A DNA stretch of 64,000 bases from Paludibaculum sp. (GCA_036504135.1 DASXVP010000001.1:26216-90215); one strand, 5' to 3'. Positions 38,368 through 48,386 are shown, numbered from the stretch's first letter. The notes: generated from the letters alone by a model not told the origin. Made by a program: numbers and translations.

Positions 38368-40122
38368 CTATTTCTTCTCTTCCAGCAGGTCGTCGCGGCG
38401 TACGCGCTCGCCTTTGAACAGCACGTTCCAGATGCGCTCGGTGACGGTGATGTCTTCGAGCGGGTTGCCCTCGACGATCAGGAGAGTTGCTTCCGCGCCG
38501 GGCTGGATGACGCCCAGACGGCCTGAGGCGCCGATGGCCTGCGCGGCGCGGGCGGTGGCATCCAACAGCACATCCTTGGGCTTTGCACCGGCCGCCACGC
38601 GGAGCTTCATTTCGCGATGAATGGCGGGCCCGTGGGGCAAGCCGGGCAGGCCGGACAGAGTCATCATCGGTCCGGGCGGTGGTAGTTGTGGAGTGGCGCC
38701 GGACTTGGGCGGATGGGTGGCTGCCCAGGCGCGGAGCTTCTCCAGAGCGGCGGGCTTCACTACCTGCTGGGTGAGCGTGTCTTTGAGCAGATCGTGATTG
38801 CCGGCGACGGAATCGAGAAGCACCAGCGAGCGGCTGCCCTGCGGCGGCGCTTCGCCGAGAATCACTTCAGCTCCGGCCATTTCGCCGGCGCCCACGCGGC
38901 GCTGCAACTCCTTGGCGATCTTCATGGGGTCGGGCGTGGTGCGGATGGCGGTGACGCCGCAATAGAGATACGCTCCGAGCGCGCGCTGCATGGCTCGGGT
39001 CTGCCTGACGCCATCGGGATCGGGCGCACCGGTGCCGGGCAGGAAGAGATTGACGTTGGTATCGATGAGGCCGGGCAGCACGGTCTTGCCCGAGGCTTCC
39101 AGAGTCTCGGCCTTCAGAGACTTGGCGTCCGGCGCCGAGCCTTCGAAGATGGCCTCGATGCGGCCTCCCTTGACCAGGACGGAGCCGCGCTCGATCACGC
39201 GGCCGTCGCCGGTGCCGGTGAAGATGCGCGCGTCCTTGATGAGCCAGGTCTGGCCGCGGCGCATCTGGCGGGCGAGGATCTGAGTCTCTTTGAGGTTGTC
39301 CTTGGAGTACGTCTGATACATGCCGATAGCCACGAACGGCGCGAGCACGCCGAGGAGCCAGAGCTTGGCGCCGGGCTTGAGCACGTCGCCCTTTTCCCAG
39401 CGGAAGAGCTTCACGGAGAGCAGCAGCGCGATCAGCATGGTGGCGACCAGCGCGCAGAGCGGCACCCAGTTCTGGGCCAGCGACTGCTCGCGCACGAGGA
39501 TGTTCTGCATGCCCATGTAGAGGTGAGTGGAGGGCAGGAACTGGGCGACCGATTGCAGCCAATCCGGCAGGATGTTGAGCGGGATGGTGGCGCCGGAGAG
39601 CATCAGCATGGGCAGGTAGAGAAGCTGAATGACCACCTGGCTCTCGGCCATGGAGTTGACCACCGAGGCGATGATGAGGCCGATGCCGCGGAAGGCCAGC
39701 ACACCGGCGCTGACCATTACGAGAAGCGAGAGCGAATGCTCGGGCACGGGCATGCCGTAGCGCAAGCGGGCGATGACGAGAAAGAAGATGACGGTGGGCA
39801 GGAAGACGATCCAGCCTGTGAAGAGCGAGCCGACGAGAATGGGCGCCGGGGTGATTGGCGCCACCTTGAAGCGGCGTAGGATGCCGGCCTCGCGCTCAGC
39901 GGTGGCGCGCATGCCGCCTCCGAAGAAGCCGGTGCCCAACACGCCCAGCATCAGCACCATGGTCACCACCTGAGCCATGGCGCCAGTGGACGTGGAGGCT
40001 CCGAAGCCCTCGCCGAAGGCGATGAAGAACACCAGCGGCATCAGGTAGTTGAAGAAGAGCACCAGGCGGTCCCGGATGGTCAGTTGCAGCGTGCTCTTGA
40101 TGTAAGCGAGATAAGCCTTCAT
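38368..40122 (-). CDS. ABC-2 type permease fused to a degenerate amidohydrolase-like C-terminal domain
   Basis: 584 aa ORF. The N-terminal ~250 aa form an ABC-2 permease, followed by an extra hydrophobic helix. Then IKDARIF...GRIEAI...LPGLIDTNVNL and C-terminal GVIQPGAEATLLIVEGNPLEDI, typical amidohydrolase flanks. Confidence 0.8.
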   Translation of the reverse strand: MKAYLAYIKSTLQLTIRDRLVLFFNYLMPLVFFIAFGEGFGASTSTGAMAQVVTMVLMLGVLGTGFFGGGMRATAEREAGILRRFKVAPITPAPILVGSLFTGWIVFLPTVIFFLVIARLRYGMPVPEHSLSLLVMVSAGVLAFRGIGLIIASVVNSMAESQVVIQLLYLPMLMLSGATIPLNILPDWLQSVAQFLPSTHLYMGMQNILVREQSLAQNWVPLCALVATMLIALLLSVKLFRWEKGDVLKPGAKLWLLGVLAPFVAIGMYQTYSKDNLKETQILARQMRRGQTWLIKDARIFTGTGDGRVIERGSVLVKGGRIEAIFEGSAPDAKSLKAETLEASGKTVLPGLIDTNVNLFLPGTGAPDPDGVRQTRAMQRALGAYLYCGVTAIRTTPDPMKIAKELQRRVGAGEMAGAEVILGEAPPQGSRSLVLLDSVAGNHDLLKDTLTQQVVKPAALEKLRAWAATHPPKSGATPQLPPPGPMMTLSGLPGLPHGPAIHREMKLRVAAGAKPKDVLLDATARAAQAIGASGRLGVIQPGAEATLLIVEGNPLEDITVTERIWNVLFKGERVRRDDLLEEKK

Positions 40123-40137
40123 GGGATTGGCGGTGAT

Positions 40138-41052
<915 letters not shown>

Positions 41053-41580
41053 TTATTGTTGCGCCGCGAGGACGGCGATGCAGGCCCGCATGAAGGCGGG
41101 GAGGTCGGCTGGCTTGCGAGAGGAGACGAGGTTCTTGTCGATGACAACTTCGGAATCTTCCCAGACTCCGCCGGCGTTGACGACATCGTCCTTGATGGCG
41201 AAGAAGGAGGTGACGTGCTTGCCGCGCAGAACGTCGGCCGAGCAGCAGCACCACAGGCCATGACAGATGGCGGCGACGAGTTTGCCCTGGGCGTCAATCT
41301 CGTGCATGAAGTGGCTGGACTGCGGATGGCGGCGGATGAAATCGGGCGCGAAGCCGCCGGGGGCGATGAGGCCGTCGTAATCGTCGGGGATGACGGCGTC
41401 GTAGGATTTATCGGATGTGCAGGGGTAGCCGAGTTTGGAGGGGTAGGTTTTGCCGGCCTCGGCGGCGATGAGGTGGACCTCGGCGCCCTCTTCGAGGAGG
41501 CGGTAGTAGGGGTACCAGACTTCCATTTCCTGGTAGAGCTGGTCGACGAAAATCGCGATTTTCTTACCCTTCAGAGTCAT
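41053..41580 (-). CDS. DJ-1/PfpI family protein
   Basis: 175 aa ORF with KKIAIFV...GLIAPGG...AAICHG nucleophile elbow. Confidence 0.9.
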   Translation of the reverse strand: MTLKGKKIAIFVDQLYQEMEVWYPYYRLLEEGAEVHLIAAEAGKTYPSKLGYPCTSDKSYDAVIPDDYDGLIAPGGFAPDFIRRHPQSSHFMHEIDAQGKLVAAICHGLWCCCSADVLRGKHVTSFFAIKDDVVNAGGVWEDSEVVIDKNLVSSRKPADLPAFMRACIAVLAAQQ

Positions 41581-41610
41581 GGATACAGTGTCGCAGATTC
41601 GGGGGAGGGG

Positions 41611-41683
41611 GACCGCTCCCTAACGGTCGCGGCTCGGAACGGACGGTGGACAGACCAGCGGACAGACCGGCGGACAGACCGGC
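41611..41683. repeat. REP-like element followed by three 12-bp tandem repeats
   Basis: GACCGCTCCCTAACGGTCGCGGCTCGGAACGGACGG is followed by GGACAGACCAGC, GGACAGACCGGC and GGACAGACCGGC (41648-41683). Confidence 0.6.
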
Positions 41684-41734
41684 GGGCGAGCGGATGGGTG
41701 GGTGGCAGCGGACTGGGGGCCGGATGCGGACCGG

Positions 41735-43120
41735 CTACTCGACCGGCTCGTCGTTGAAGGTCTCGGCGGCGTTTTCGAACTTGGTGTAGTTGTGGAGGAA
41801 GACGAGGGGGATCTTGCCGGTGGGACCGTTGCGCTGTTTGGCGAGGATGAGCTCGGCGACGCCGCGGAGGTCTTCGCGATCCTTGGCATAGACCTCGGGA
41901 CGGAAGATGAAGGCGACCATATCGGCGTCCTGTTCGATGGAGCCGGATTCGCGGAGGTCGGCGAGTTGGGGGCGGTGGTCGCCGATGCGCTGCTCAGGGG
42001 CGCGGCTCAACTGAGAGAGGACGAGGAAGGGGATGTCGAGATCCTTGGAAAGGAGCTTGAGACCGCGGGAGAGGGCGCCGACTTCGGTGGTGCGGTTGGA
42101 ATTGCGGCCGGAATTGGGGACGGGCATCAACTGGAGATAATCGACGACGGCGAGGCCGAGATCGGCGATGGCGCGGAGCTTGCGGAGCTTGGCGTTGATG
42201 TCCATCAACGTGGTGGCGGAGGTGTCGTCGATATAGAGGGGCGCTTCGTAGAGATCGGCGGCGGCGATGCCGAGGCGGCCACGTTCGTCGCGATCGAGAT
42301 AGCCAGAGCGGAAGCGCTGCTGATCCACTCGGCCGAGCGAGCAGATGAGACGGGTGAGCAGCGACTGCTTGGACATTTCGAGCGAGAAGACGGCGACGGC
42401 CTTGGGGTTCTTCTTATTGGTAGCGACGTGGAGAGCGATGTTAAGGGCAAGGGCAGTTTTGCCCATGGCGGGGCGGGCGGCGACGATGATGAGTTCCCCG
42501 CCCCGGAAGCCGCCGGTCATCTCGTCGAGCTTCATGAAGCCGGTGCCGATGCCGTGGACGCGGCGGGCGGGATCGAGGAAGTCGTTGATGCCGCCGGGTT
42601 CCTGATCGAAGACGTCCCTGGCGCTGAGTAGGGAGTCTTTAGCACGGGCCTCGCCGAGCTTGAGGAGGTTGTCCTCCATGGAGGCGAGGATGCGCTCGGG
42701 GGCGTCCTCGGCCAGCATGGCCTTTTGGATGGTCTCCTGGGAGGCGAAGATCAACTGGCGCAGCATGGACTTGTCGCGCAGAATCTGGACGTAGCTTTCG
42801 AGGTTGTAGAGCTCGGGGAGGCCCTCGTCGAGGGAGGAGAGGTAGGTGAGGCCGTCGACGGATTCGAGCTCGCCGCGGCGCATGAGCTCGTTGGCGATGG
42901 TGACGCGATCGATGCGTTCGGCTCGTTCGTTGAGATCGAGCATGCGCTGGAAGATCTTGCGGTGTTTTTCGAGGGAGAAGTCTTCGGGGACGAGGCCGGC
43001 GGCGACGGTGACGAAGGCGGAATCGTTCAGCAGGATGGAGCCCAGCACCATGCGTTCGGCGTAGACGTTGGACGGCAGGCCGCGCTCAAAATTCGAGTCG
43101 TTATTCGGGGGCGGGGGCAT
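41735..43120 (-). CDS. dnaB: replicative DNA helicase
   Basis: 461 aa ORF with ERMVLGSILL, Walker A ARPAMGKTALALN and SQLSRAPEQR. Confidence 0.95.
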   Translation of the reverse strand: MPPPPNNDSNFERGLPSNVYAERMVLGSILLNDSAFVTVAAGLVPEDFSLEKHRKIFQRMLDLNERAERIDRVTIANELMRRGELESVDGLTYLSSLDEGLPELYNLESYVQILRDKSMLRQLIFASQETIQKAMLAEDAPERILASMEDNLLKLGEARAKDSLLSARDVFDQEPGGINDFLDPARRVHGIGTGFMKLDEMTGGFRGGELIIVAARPAMGKTALALNIALHVATNKKNPKAVAVFSLEMSKQSLLTRLICSLGRVDQQRFRSGYLDRDERGRLGIAAADLYEAPLYIDDTSATTLMDINAKLRKLRAIADLGLAVVDYLQLMPVPNSGRNSNRTTEVGALSRGLKLLSKDLDIPFLVLSQLSRAPEQRIGDHRPQLADLRESGSIEQDADMVAFIFRPEVYAKDREDLRGVAELILAKQRNGPTGKIPLVFLHNYTKFENAAETFNDEPVE

Positions 43121-43227
43121 TACTGGAGACGTTATCCAATGTCGCAGGAGCGGGCGGTGTTATCAAGTGGCATTTCGAGGACTTGGCGGGCCAACGGGTT
43201 GGCCTGTGGATCTCATGTGAATCTACT

Positions 43228-44679
43228 CTACTTGAACTCCACGCGGACGGGTTCGGCGAGGTCGCCCGCCATCTTCTGGGGCAGGCGGAAGGCGCGGCCG
43301 TCGGAGGTGCAGAAGTAGAGGGCGGACTCAGAGGGCTTGAGCGGGTTGCCATCGGCCCAGATGGCGTAGAACTCAGGATTGGCGTTGAGCACTTTTCGCA
43401 GGTAGGTGTGGTTGTAGTAGGAATTGTGGGTGATGGCGCCCATGCGATTCCAATCCTTGCCCTGATTGCCGCTGATCCAGAGGACGAGCTCGCCGCCGGT
43501 GGCGTTCGGCTGGGGGCCGGGATCGGTGGGGGCCATGATGCGCCAATCGTTCTCGGATTCGATGAAGAGCGAGCCGTGATCGTAGTTGTGATCGGACGTG
43601 GTGAAGGGGCGAATGGTCCAGCCGCGGCCGGTCCAGCGGGCGGTCTGCCATTCGTAGGGGCCGCTCTTGGGGCCGGGCTCGAAACCCTTGGAGGTGAGGA
43701 AGAGGATGACAGGTTTGCCGTCCTTCTGGAAGGCGATGTCCTTGACATATACGTTGCGGTCTTCGCTGAGGTAGTCATGGACGAGGGCGGCGTTCTGGAC
43801 GGTGGTGAGGGGGAGAGTGACGGCGCGGCCGGCGGCATTGGTCCAGGTTTTGCCGGCATCGCGGGTTTCCAGGTAGTAGAGATTGGTGCGGTAGTTGAGA
43901 CCCTTGCCGGCGCGGCCGGCGGAGGGGTGCATATCGAAGGCGGTGCCGACGCGGCCGGTGGCGGAGTCGCGCCAGGAGATTTGGTAATCACCCATCTGGA
44001 TGTGGGCGAGAAGGGTGGGCTCGGTCCAAGTTCTGGCGTCGGGCGAGGTCTTGAAGTTCAGCGTGCGTTCGCCGTTCTTGTAGAGGGTATGGAGGAAGAG
44101 GAACTGCTTGGAATCGGGCAGGTACCAGGGCTGGGTGTAGGAGAAGTTGGTGGTCTGGAGGAGGTCCCAGGCGGTGATGTCGTACGGCTTGCGAGAGCGG
44201 TGGATGTAGCTGGGCCGGGTGGTGCCGTGGGCGCTGGAGAAGACGTAGAGGTAGCCCTCGGCATCGATGGAGAGGGTGGGATTGTCGTGGGCGTCTTCGG
44301 TGCGTTTTTGGACGATGCGGACGGGCCGGGGGACGGTGCCGGAGCGGTGATCGTAGTAGCCGATCATGTGCTGGAGCTCGTCTTTATCAACGGAAACGTT
44401 GCCGGCGGAGCCGCCGTAGACGAAGAAGGTTTTGCGGACGGCGGGGGCGTAGATGGCGATGGGCGCGTGCTGCTGCGGGTAGGTGCCGAAGCCGCCGCTG
44501 TACTTATAGACGTACTCATCGGCGGTGGGCTGATTCATGTACCAAATGCCGCGGTAGCCATCGGCGGTTTGCGGGGCGAAATCGTCCTTGTTCGCGATTG
44601 GGGCGGCGGGCGTCTGGGCAGCGAGGAGGCCAGCGGCGGCCAGGATGGAAAAGTGCAACTTGCAAGTGATTTGCATCAT
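43228..44679 (-). CDS. BNR-4 repeat-containing secreted protein
   Basis: 483 aa ORF with signal peptide and Asp-boxes TRDAGKTWT and SGNQGKDWN. Overall pattern recalled from the BNR_4 family. Confidence 0.6.
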   Translation of the reverse strand: MMQITCKLHFSILAAAGLLAAQTPAAPIANKDDFAPQTADGYRGIWYMNQPTADEYVYKYSGGFGTYPQQHAPIAIYAPAVRKTFFVYGGSAGNVSVDKDELQHMIGYYDHRSGTVPRPVRIVQKRTEDAHDNPTLSIDAEGYLYVFSSAHGTTRPSYIHRSRKPYDITAWDLLQTTNFSYTQPWYLPDSKQFLFLHTLYKNGERTLNFKTSPDARTWTEPTLLAHIQMGDYQISWRDSATGRVGTAFDMHPSAGRAGKGLNYRTNLYYLETRDAGKTWTNAAGRAVTLPLTTVQNAALVHDYLSEDRNVYVKDIAFQKDGKPVILFLTSKGFEPGPKSGPYEWQTARWTGRGWTIRPFTTSDHNYDHGSLFIESENDWRIMAPTDPGPQPNATGGELVLWISGNQGKDWNRMGAITHNSYYNHTYLRKVLNANPEFYAIWADGNPLKPSESALYFCTSDGRAFRLPQKMAGDLAEPVRVEFK

Positions 44680-44682
44680 CGG

Positions 44683-45102
44683 ATGGATATGGAAAAGCGA
44701 ATTAAGACCCTGAATGCTATTGTCTCAGACGAGCTCGGCCTGTTGCTGGAAACGTGGAACTATCACTGGAACGTGGAGGGCGCGAATTTCCCGAGTCTGC
44801 ACAAGCTGTTTGAGGATCAGTACGACGGGTTGCAGGAGTTGATCGACGAGCTGGCGGAGCGCGTGCGGGCGCTGGGCGGCGTGGCGGAGACGAAGGTGTC
44901 TGTGGAGTTTTCGTCCGGGACTCCGGTGGCGAAGATGCTGAGTGGGCTGGCGGAGCGGCATGAAGGGCTGAGCGCCAAGATGGGGAAGAAGTGGATTCCG
45001 GCGCTGGACAAAGAGGGGGACGTGGGGAGCGTGGATCTGCTGACGCGGGCGTTGCAGTTGCACGACAAGATGGCGTGGATGCTGCGGGCGACGGCGAAGT
45101 AG
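44683..45102 (+). CDS. dps: Dps family DNA-protection/ferritin-like protein
   Basis: Only the last 139 codons of the long track ORF are used: MDMEKRI...NYHWNVEGANFPSLHKLFEDQYD.... Confidence 0.85.
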   Translation: MDMEKRIKTLNAIVSDELGLLLETWNYHWNVEGANFPSLHKLFEDQYDGLQELIDELAERVRALGGVAETKVSVEFSSGTPVAKMLSGLAERHEGLSAKMGKKWIPALDKEGDVGSVDLLTRALQLHDKMAWMLRATAK

Positions 45103-45119
45103 GGCCAAGGCTGCGGCGC

Positions 45120-46559
45120 TCACGCCGCGTTCAGCGGGCGGGGTCCGGGTATGGGCGGGGCTAGCAGTTGTTTGCGGCGGGCCTTCTCGCGATCATAGGC
45201 GGGGTTCTCGGCTGCGGCCGGGGCGGCGTTCACGGGCAGATCGGGCGCCGTGCCTCGATAGACGCAGGCGTCGGCTACGTCATCCATGGTGATGCCGGAC
45301 GGAAACATGCGGAAGGGGAGGTTGAATGGACCTGACACGAATTCGTTCGGGTCCAAGGCTCCAATCGGCGAGCCTTTCAGAATTAGCAGGATTGGGCGCT
45401 GAGCGGAGGTGGGCGCGCTCTCCAGGCGGCCGCTGTTGGGATAGCTGCCTCCGCGAATCGGCAGGACTGTATAGATGCGGCCGCGGTACTGGCGATCCAG
45501 GAGCGGGACGAGTGTCGATCCGGCGGGAATCGGACCGCCGGCGGCGTTTCGCCAGATGTGTCCGGCGCCGAAGATGACGAGCGCCTTTTCGCCTTTTTCC
45601 AATACCTCGCGACTGAGCAGGCCGGCAGCGAACGCGTCTCGCGTGGAGGCGACGCGGCGCCAGTCTTCGCGGGTCTTCACCACGCTCCAATCGAGTGGCG
45701 GGTCGCCGGCAAGGACACGCAACTTGAGGTTGTCCGGGAGTCTCAGATTGACGGCGCGGACTTCGTCGAAAAACTGCGCATAGACCGGCGAATCCGCGCC
45801 GCCGGGTGTGGTGATGTCGCGCCAGACCTTCTGGATCTCCGCCGGTTGGACGTCGCCGCCCTGGATGTATCGGTTGAGGATGTCCTGGTGCAAGGAGTTG
45901 GCGAACTCCACCATGACGTAGCGGACCTTCTTCGGGAAATCCGGGTGGTGGAGCAGACTTTGCCTGAGGGCGGCATCTTCGAGCGAGCCGTGGAATTCGC
46001 CCAGGGCGACGACGTCGGCGATATCGAAAAGGCCGACCAGATCGTCGAGGATTGACGACCGGGAACCTGCCGGCGTTTGCTCGGATGCTGGTGACGATCC
46101 CAAGCCCGAGGCAGGCAGTGAGGCCAAGCCCCCTCCGGACAGGCGAGGTGCAGCCGACGCGGAGGTGTAGAGATCGCCGCGCCAATTGGGTCCGCGCCAG
46201 TGTTCCATCGCGACGACAGCCATACCGAACAATGCGATTGAGGCGACTGCTCCGGCAGCCAAAGATTTCGGGCCTGGCGTCTGATCGCCGAGGAGAGTGA
46301 AATGGAAATCGGCGGCGATGACGGGCTGGGGATCAGGCTGGAGAGAGTCGATCGACTCCCGGAGGACCGCCCACACCAGATCCGTGAGGAGCTGCGCGGC
46401 AAAGCGAATCAGGCCGATGGATCCCGAAGACTGAACGATTGAGCTGTAACGGTCGTCGAACAACTGCATCATCTCGGGGCCGAAGCGTTCGCGAAAGCGC
46501 GGCGGGTAGGCCCAAAGGGAGGCCTCGTAGAGAGCCCGAAACAGGGGTCGGTATTTCAT
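45120..46559 (-). CDS. hypothetical membrane-anchored protein with ChaN/Tiki-like (GExHG) domain
   Basis: Start at MKYRPLFRALYEASLWAYPPRFRERFGPEM, a prefix domain common next to Acidobacterial permeases. One TM, then ALGEFHGSLED. Confidence 0.5.
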   Translation of the reverse strand: MKYRPLFRALYEASLWAYPPRFRERFGPEMMQLFDDRYSSIVQSSGSIGLIRFAAQLLTDLVWAVLRESIDSLQPDPQPVIAADFHFTLLGDQTPGPKSLAAGAVASIALFGMAVVAMEHWRGPNWRGDLYTSASAAPRLSGGGLASLPASGLGSSPASEQTPAGSRSSILDDLVGLFDIADVVALGEFHGSLEDAALRQSLLHHPDFPKKVRYVMVEFANSLHQDILNRYIQGGDVQPAEIQKVWRDITTPGGADSPVYAQFFDEVRAVNLRLPDNLKLRVLAGDPPLDWSVVKTREDWRRVASTRDAFAAGLLSREVLEKGEKALVIFGAGHIWRNAAGGPIPAGSTLVPLLDRQYRGRIYTVLPIRGGSYPNSGRLESAPTSAQRPILLILKGSPIGALDPNEFVSGPFNLPFRMFPSGITMDDVADACVYRGTAPDLPVNAAPAAAENPAYDREKARRKQLLAPPIPGPRPLNAA

Positions 46560-46710
46560 CGTACAAACACCCGCTGCATTTTGGCGGCGGCGAGCTGGAT
46601 CATTCGGGTTGCCATCTCTACATCCGTTACGGATATATTGCCGGTTGTCATTTCGCATGTCAAGGGAAAAGCGGCAGGCAACGAAGCGGCGCGATGCGGG
46701 TCTATATGGC

Positions 46711-48156
46711 ATGGAAAACCAGACTCAGCATTTAACAGGCGATCAGGCATTGAAGAAGGTATGGGAACTGTTGAAGAGCACGATGATGGTCACCCAGAAC
46801 GGCGGCCATGTGAACTCGCGCCCGATGGGGTTGCAGAGCGATGCCGACTACTTTGCGGGCGAGTTGTGGTTCATCACGGATCGGATGAGCCAGAAGGTGG
46901 ACGAGATAGGGGGAGACTCCCCGGTGCCGCTGGTTCTTCAGGACGACGGCGACAGCGCATATATGCAGCTCAACGGCCGTGCGAAGGCGGTGGAGGACCG
47001 CGGGAAGTTGAGGCAATTGTACTCGCCGGTTTTGAAGACGTGGTTCCCTGAGGGGTTGGACGATCCGCGCATGACGCTACTCCGTTTTGAGGCGGAGGAG
47101 GGCAAGTTCTGGGACAGCCCGGACGGCATGTTACAGGTGGTGGCGGCGTTCACCAAAGCCGTGGTCACGTGCAAGCCGGCCCGGGGCGGCGAGATGGGCG
47201 AGGTCACGTTTTATCAAAACCAGAACTGCTTACGTTTGTGGGGCGCCGTTCTTAGCCACGAGCACGGAGCAATGGGCATTGGCCACTACGCTCTGAGACA
47301 CGCTGCCGACGAAGAACTTCTCCACACGGCCTTTGTCGCAGGAGCCGACGACGACAAGGTCCGCGCCCCATTCCTCGGCATATTCGGCGATCCTGCTTTT
47401 GGGATCGCCCTCCAGTGTAACGCCATCGGCAGCAAATCCTTTGTCTTTCAACCGGGCCACGGTGCTGGCCACAATGTCGGCGGCGACACTGTCCACGGTG
47501 GCCTGGACGTCAGAGGCGTTCCGAGCACCTTCGAGCAACTGCAGGAGCGGCGGGTGTACGTTTTCGGCGACCGTGAGGATGCGGACCAACGTGCCTTCCG
47601 GCCAGGGGATGGAGGCCGCCGCGGCCACCGGATCGGATGCCCCATCGTTACCGGCACTGACAGCGATGAGTATTCGCATAGGTGCTTGCAGTCTAGCAGG
47701 AGCGCGCGGCTTCGGTTTGGTAGTGGCGGGCGAAGGTCGGGAGGTTCAGATGACGAGGGGGACGCCGTCGAGGCCCAGATGACGGTCCGAGGACCAGCAG
47801 GCGCCAGTGCGAAGTTCGCGCATGATGGCGAGGCCGTGCGCGTCGGCGAGGGTGAGAGACTGGTCGGCGAACTTCTTCACGAGGCGAGCGGTCGTGGTCA
47901 ACTCGGATTCGTCAAAACTACGGATCGTCAGCCCGGGCAGAGCGTCCACGAAGGCGAGGAATTGAATGGCTCTCTGGTGATCGTAGCGGCGAAGAAACCA
48001 CCCGTGGCCTTCGGCTATCACGAGTGCAGACGTTACAAGGGGCGGAGGCGCGGCGAACAGGCGGCGGAACAGCGAGTGATAGCTATCGGAGCGGTCGAGG
48101 AAGGCGATGAACGCCGACGTATCAACGTAGGCGTTAGTCTTTTTGGCCATATATGA
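46711..48156 (+). CDS. pyridoxamine 5'-phosphate oxidase / general stress protein 26 family ORF with no stop at the expected end
   Basis: MENQTQ...NSRPMG...GELWFITDRMSQKV...EEGKFWDSPDG...GGEMGEVTF covers about 170 codons of family-like sequence. The frame then stays open to 48156, antisense to two well-supported genes. Confidence 0.5.
   Translation: MENQTQHLTGDQALKKVWELLKSTMMVTQNGGHVNSRPMGLQSDADYFAGELWFITDRMSQKVDEIGGDSPVPLVLQDDGDSAYMQLNGRAKAVEDRGKLRQLYSPVLKTWFPEGLDDPRMTLLRFEAEEGKFWDSPDGMLQVVAAFTKAVVTCKPARGGEMGEVTFYQNQNCLRLWGAVLSHEHGAMGIGHYALRHAADEELLHTAFVAGADDDKVRAPFLGIFGDPAFGIALQCNAIGSKSFVFQPGHGAGHNVGGDTVHGGLDVRGVPSTFEQLQERRVYVFGDREDADQRAFRPGDGGRRGHRIGCPIVTGTDSDEYSHRCLQSSRSARLRFGSGGRRSGGSDDEGDAVEAQMTVRGPAGASAKFAHDGEAVRVGEGERLVGELLHEASGRGQLGFVKTTDRQPGQSVHEGEELNGSLVIVAAKKPPVAFGYHECRRYKGRRRGEQAAEQRVIAIGAVEEGDERRRINVGVSLFGHI
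47230..47679 (-). CDS. universal stress protein (UspA family)
   Basis: 149 aa ORF with MRILIAV...ADLVVVGS...GSVSQSVVANAHCSVLV. Confidence 0.85.
   Translation of the reverse strand: MRILIAVSAGNDGASDPVAAAASIPWPEGTLVRILTVAENVHPPLLQLLEGARNASDVQATVDSVAADIVASTVARLKDKGFAADGVTLEGDPKSRIAEYAEEWGADLVVVGSCDKGRVEKFFVGSVSQSVVANAHCSVLVAKNGAPQT
47746..48150 (-). CDS. PIN-domain toxin (VapC-like)
   Basis: 134 aa ORF with YVDTSAFIAFLD... and ...LADAHGLAIM. It is preceded by an overlapping small antitoxin gene. Confidence 0.85.
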   Translation of the reverse strand: MAKKTNAYVDTSAFIAFLDRSDSYHSLFRRLFAAPPPLVTSALVIAEGHGWFLRRYDHQRAIQFLAFVDALPGLTIRSFDESELTTTARLVKKFADQSLTLADAHGLAIMRELRTGACWSSDRHLGLDGVPLVI

Positions 48157-48358
48157 GCTCGTCGATGGACTGGCTGGAGCGACGGTCGCCGGTTTCTACG
48201 AATCCTGCGTACTTCATCCACGGGCTGGTTCCCTGGGCGGGAAGGGCGTCGCGGACGGCGCGGCGGACGAACTCTGCTACGGAGATGCCCAGTGCGCTGG
48301 CTGCCAGTTTCGCGAGTGCGTATTCCTGTTTGTCGAGGCTGATCTGAGTCCGGATCAT
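48134..48358 (-). CDS. ribbon-helix-helix (CopG-like) antitoxin
   Basis: Start at MIRTQISLDKQEYALAKLAASALGISVAEFVRRAV, 74 aa. It overlaps the PIN gene start by 17 nt. Confidence 0.75.
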   Translation of the reverse strand: MIRTQISLDKQEYALAKLAASALGISVAEFVRRAVRDALPAQGTSPWMKYAGFVETGDRRSSQSIDELIYGQKD

Positions 48359-48386
48359 GTTATCACCGTACACTAAAGATGATAAC
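48359..48386. promoter_or_regulatory. inverted repeat abutting the RHH antitoxin start (candidate operator)
   Basis: GTTATCA-14 nt-TGATAAC lies immediately upstream of the ATG at 48358. Confidence 0.35.

Noticed and set aside
43183-44682. First 500 codons of the 639-aa plus-strand ORF 43183-45102.
   Set aside because: They are antisense to the BNR-4 gene and low complexity. Only the Dps-like last 139 codons are credible.
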